DNA of 64,000 nucleotides, from contig JBGALR010000003.1 of NCBI GenBank assembly GCA_044223735.1, positions 18,128-82,127 on the forward strand, read 5' to 3'. The notes below the pieces were generated by a model. That model saw only the letters and a program-made list of their open reading frames with translations. It searched no databases and had not been told where the DNA came from. The position numbers were made by a program, and so were the translations under genes. The DNA comes from Limisphaerales bacterium (GTDB taxonomy: Bacteria > Verrucomicrobiota > Verrucomicrobiia > Limisphaerales > UBA8199). Below are positions 43,001 through 49,000 of this stretch, one piece after another (positions within the stretch are counted from its first letter, which is position 1; each line of letters opens with the position of its first letter).

Positions 43001-46000
43001 GGGTCAAGGCACTGAACATCTACGTCACCCAAAACAGCGGCAGCATTCAGCGCGGCATCAACGCCGCCAGCGCGGGTGATACCGTTCATGTGGCGGCGGG
43101 AACGTTCGTGGAAAATCTCGCGTTAAACAAGTCGTTGAGCTTGATCGGCCCGAATGCCGGCATCGATCCCAACACCGGCGTTCGTGTGGGTGAAGCGACC
43201 ATTTTGCCGGCGACTGCGGAAACTTCTCTCCAGTCTTCGACCTCCGGCATGCTAATCCGCGTCGGCACCGGGAGCGGTCACGTTGACGCTCTGATCCAGG
43301 GCTTCACTCTCGACGGCCATAATCCGGCACTCACTGGTGGCAGAATATTGAATGGCGTGGAAGTTCACACCGGCGCGGGTATCGCTAACAGCGCGGCGTC
43401 ATTCGACACGAATCCAGGCGCGTTCAATACGACGATGACGGTGCAGGACAACATCATTCGCAACCTCGAACGCTACGGCGTGCTGGTGGATAATATTCCT
43501 TCACGCCCGGCAAGCGCGGGTAACGAAGTCAGTCATAACCAGATCGACAATCTTCCGTCGGGAAATAATTTTGGCGGAGACCGCGGCCGCGGCGTCGCTT
43601 TCGAGGAGAACGCATACGGTATCTGTTTCTCGAACGTCATCACGCGTGTCAACGTGGGCTGGCAGGATGACAATTACAACGAGGCATCCCCGGGCTCGGG
43701 AACCGTTGTCTCGCATAACTTCATTTCGACCTATCACCGCGGTATTTTCCATAACCTGCAATATCAGGACGCCACGGCGGCGTTGATCAGCGACAATACG
43801 GTGACCGTGGCGGCAGGCGATTCCGCAGCCACCGCGAGTAACTTCGGCGTGGAACTGGCTTCCATCGCGAGCGCCGTCGGCGCCACGGCAAGCAACAACA
43901 CCGTCAGCAACAACGTCTACGGCATACTCATTTGGAATGTCACGTCGACCGGCTCCGTGCTGGTATCGGGCGGCACGTTGACGAGCAACCAGATTGGTAT
44001 CTACGCGACGAGCCAAGATCCCCAGTTCGGCGCCGCGAATGCCGGACCCGGCCAGCCGGTCGTGACAGGTGTCACCGTTCAAAATGCGACCATTGCGGGC
44101 ATTCAGGTGGATGCCTCCGTGGTAAGCGTGAACACCCGCGTGGTGATCAATGGCAACACGGCGGTGAGCGGTTCGCCGCTGGGAATTTCCGTGAAAGGTT
44201 CGCTGGCGGCGGCGACGGTCATCAACAACAGTGCTTCCATTACCGGCAACGGCGTGGCTGTGGACGTTGACGCCGGCAAGGCGCTTGTCGAAAACAACAA
44301 CCTGATTAATAACTCCGAAGCGGGCATCCGGGTCGAAAACGACGGCGTGGTGGACGCAGGCGATTGCTCCGGTGGCAATGTCACCGGTCTGGCGACAGGC
44401 ACCGGCGCTGGTGGTTCCAGTGCGGGACAAAACGTGCTGACGGGATACGGGTTCAACGACGCCGCGCCTTGGGCGATCAGAAATCTCAATGGCAGCGCGC
44501 AGCATGCTGTGCTCGCCCAGAACAACAGCTTCGGCGCCGGCGGCGCGGGGAATGACATTCGATTGGTTTTGTTCGATGCGAAGGACGATGGATCAAAATC
44601 GCTGGTGCATGCTTCGCAGCCCGCGCTGACGATCGCTTGCCCGCCGACACCTCCGCCGGCCCAATGCGTCTCGAGCGTCCAGGCGGCCGCGACGGATCTC
44701 GATCTCTTTTTCTCGCTCGGCGGCGCTTCCTCCACCACGGACGGAACGGTCGGTCACAATGACAGCGCCTCGGTGCCTGGTCCCAATAACGGAACCATCA
44801 CGAGAACCTATCTGGTGTCTGACGCCTGCGGCCACAGCACAAGCTGTCCGCAGTCGCTCCCGGTGCTGGACGACACCGCGCCGACGGTCGTTTGCAAACC
44901 GGCCACTGTGAATCTTGATGGGACCGGTCACGGCAGCATTGTGCCGTCCGATGTTTATAACGCCGGCAGCAGTTCCGATAACTGCGGGATTGTTCACCTC
45001 GTATCTGTTGTGCCCAATACATTCACATTCTGCGATGTGGGCGCGAACTCCGTCACGTTGATGGCTGACGATGGCAACGGAAATACCAACACCTGTGTCG
45101 CCACTGTCACGGTCAATCCTCCGCCAACTCCGACCGTGGTTTATGTGGACGACAATTATGTGGGCAAACCGAACTGCGCCTTGGTGAATTTCCCGGATGA
45201 TGGCAACGCCGGCGCGCTCTTCATCGGTTATAATGCCTTCGGAACACTCAATGACGGTATTGCGGCGGTCGCCGTGGCCGGAACGGTGAATATCGCACCG
45301 GGAACGTATACGAATACGGTCAATGTCGCGAAGACAGTGGTCGTCGCCGGTGTGACCGCGCAGCCGACCGACATCATCTCGTTGACTGGAAAAATCAGCG
45401 GTGCTTCCGCCTGGACGCTCGGCAAGACCGGTGCCGGCAAACTGCTGGTCGGCGGCGTGAACGATTTCACTGGGGTTCTTACCATCAATCCGGGAACGGT
45501 GACCATCATTTCCGATTTTGCCTTGGGTGATGACAGCCCGGCCTCGGGTACCATCGTCAGCAACGGAGCAACCGTGGCGATCGATGGCGACTTTGATTAC
45601 ACCGCCCTTGAAGCAATCACACTCAACGGCGCTGGAGACGCCGGCGGTGCTGCTTTTGACAGCGTGAGCGGCGACAACACTTTCGCCGGCACCGTCTTGC
45701 TGGCGACGAACAGCATCGTTGGCACCGAGTCGGGAAGCCTCACGTTGTTTGGGCCGGTAACTGGCCCGGAATTCTCGCTGACCAAAACCGGTGCGGGGGC
45801 GTTGAATCTGGTCTTCGCTCCGAATGTCTATGGCGCAACCCATGTTATTCAGGGAACCCTGGCGGCGGTGTTTCCGGCGGATGTCGGAACCGGATTGGTG
45901 ACGGTGGACAGTGGAGCCGTGCTGGCGGGCGATGGCTCGGCGGTGGGCGGAGTAAATCTCTCGGGTGAAATTTCACCCGGCGCGAGCCCGGGCAGTTTTG

Positions 46001-49000
46001 CGACCGGAGCGGAAACCTGGAACGGCGGCGCGAGTTACGACTGGCAGCTGAATGACACGCTTGGTTCCGCGGGCAATGATCCGGGCTGGGACCTGCTGAA
46101 CATCAGCGGCGGTCTCACGATCAATGCCAACGCGGGCAACAAGTTTACCGTCTTCATCAGTTCGCTGGATCCGAACGACGATCTGCCCGGCCCGGCGGGA
46201 CATTTCTCCAATACCTCGGAGTATGCCTTCCCGATCGCCATCACAACCGCGGGCATCACTGGATTTGACCCGGCGGCCTTCACGATTGACACGTCGGCTT
46301 TCGTGAATGGCCTTGGCGCGCATGGCGCATTCGTTCTCGAGCTGCGCAACAGCAACAAGGAACTATGGGTGCACTTCGTGCAGCGGCCACAAATCCTCGT
46401 TGGACCGATCAGCCAGACGGTCGATGAATGCAGCAACGTTACGTTCACGGTGTCGGCGACTGGCACTGCGACGCTTCACTATTACTGGACGCATGGCGCC
46501 AGCCCGGTCGGTGGCGATTCACCGTTGCTTTCAATTTCCGGACTCACAACCGGAGACGCCGGCATCTACACCGTGGTGGTTTCCAATTATTATCTCCTGA
46601 CCGATTCCGCGGTTGCGACGCTTGTGATCACGAATCCTCTGCCGGTCATCCAATGTCCGGCCGACATCTCGCAGAGCAGTGATGCGGGAGTCTGCACCGC
46701 CACCGTCACTCTGGGCACGCCCTTGGTCACCGACAATTGCCCGGGCACAACGTTCGCCGGCGTGCGCAGTGACAGCCAGCCGTTGAATGCTCCTTATCCC
46801 TCCGGTCTGACGGTGGTGACCTGGACGGCCACCGATCGCAGCAACCTCATGGCGGTCTGCCAGCAGAACGTGGTGATCCACGATACCGAACCTCCGGTGG
46901 TGCTGACCATGAACATCACCGTGTCGCTGAATGCGACCGGCAGCGTGGCGATCACTGCCGCCCAAGTGGACAACGGTTCGACCGATAATTGCCTGATCGC
47001 GACGCGGCAGGTATTTCCCAGCTCGTTCACCTGTGCGAGCGTGGGCAGCAACCTCGTTCACTTGGTGGTGACCGATAGCAGCGGGAACAGTGCGACGAAT
47101 ACGGCCGTGGTGACGGTGCAAGATGTCACACCGCCTGTGGTCGTCAGCAATCCGATCACCGTTGACCTCGATGCCGGCGGCAGCCATACGCTAAGTGCCG
47201 CGGAGATAGGTGCAATCGTCAATGGCTCCAGCGACAGTTGCGGCATCGCTTCGACCAATATCACTCCAAATATCTTTGCGTGCGCCAATGTGGGCAGCAA
47301 TCAGGTGACGGTGGTGCTGACCGATGTGAATGGCAACAGCGCCACGAATACGGCAGTGGTCACCGTGCATGATGTCACACCGCCCGTGGTGACGGCCAAC
47401 CCCATCACGGTGGATTTGAATGCGAGCGGCAATCACACGCTGAGCGCAGCCGACATCGCGGCCATTGTCAGTGGCTCAAGCGACGCCTGTGGAATTGCGG
47501 CGACCAATGTGACGCCGAACATATTCACGTGTGCCGAGGTCGGCAGCAATCTGGTGACCGTCGTGTTGACCGATGTAAACGGCAACAGTGCGACCAATAC
47601 GACCGTCGTAACCGTGCAGGACGTGACGCCGCCGGTGGTGGTGGCCAACCCGATCACAGTGAATCTAAACGCCGGCGGCAGCTACGCGTTGAGCGGTGGA
47701 GATATCGCAGCGATTGTCAGCGGTTCTAGCGATGCCTGTGGCGTCGCAAGCACTAGTGTCGTCCCGAACAGCTTCACTTGCGCCAATGTGGGAGGCAATC
47801 CCGTTACGGTGATCCTCACCGACGTTAACGGCAACAGCACCACGAATTCGACCATCGTGACGGTCCATGACGTGACGCCGCCGGTCGTGGTGGCCAGCCC
47901 GATCACAGTGGATTTGAGCGCGGGCGGCAGTTACGTGCTAAGCGGCGCGGATATAGCAACCATCGTAAGCGGCTCGAGCGACGCGTGTGGCATTGCGGCG
48001 ACCAACGTGACGCCCGCCAGTTTTGCGTGCGGCCAGGTGGGCAGCAATCTGGTGACCGTCGTGTTGACCGATGTGAACGGCAACAGCGCGACGAATACGA
48101 CCGTAGTCACCGTGCATGACGTGACCGCACCGGTATTGGTGAGCAATCCCATCACCGTGGATTTGAATGCCGGCGGCAGTTACACACTCGGCGCAGCCGA
48201 TATCGCGGCGATCATCAATGGCTCCAGCGACACGTGCGGCACCGCCACCACCAACGTAACTCCCAACGCGTTCTCCTGCGCCAATGTGGGCAGCAATCAG
48301 GTGACGGTGGTGCTGGTCGATGTGAACGGCAACAGTTCCACCAACACGACCGTGGTAACCGTCCACGACGTGACCGCGCCGGTATTGGTGAGCAATCCGA
48401 TCACGGTGAATCTGAATAGCGGTGGCGGTTACACCCTCAATGCCTCCGATATCGCAGCCATTGTAAATGGCTCAAGTGACGTTTGCGGCATCGCCACCAC
48501 GAATGTGAATCCCGGCGCGTTTTCCTGCGCCACCGTGGGCAGCAATTTGGTGACTGTGGTGCTGACCGATGTGAACGGCAACAGCGCGACCAACACAACA
48601 GTGGTAACGGTGCACGATGTGACGCCACCGGTGGTGGCGGTCAATCCCATTACGGTGAATCTGGACGCGACGGGTAACTACGCGTTGAGCGGCGTCGATA
48701 TCGCAACCATCGCGGGAGGATCAAGTGATGCTTGTGGCATCGCGACCACAAACGTCTCACCCAATACCTTTACCTGCGTAAACGTGGGAAATAATCCGGT
48801 ATCGGTGGTGTTGACCGATGTGAACGGCAACAGCGCGACCAACACCGTGATCGTGACCGTTCAGGATTTGACGCCGCCGGCGTTGGTGGTCAATCCGATC
48901 ACCGTGAACTTGGACGGCTCGGGTGGTTACGTTTTAAGCGCTGCGGATATCGCTGCGATCGTGAATGGCTCCAGCGATGCCTGCGGTATCGCAACGACCA

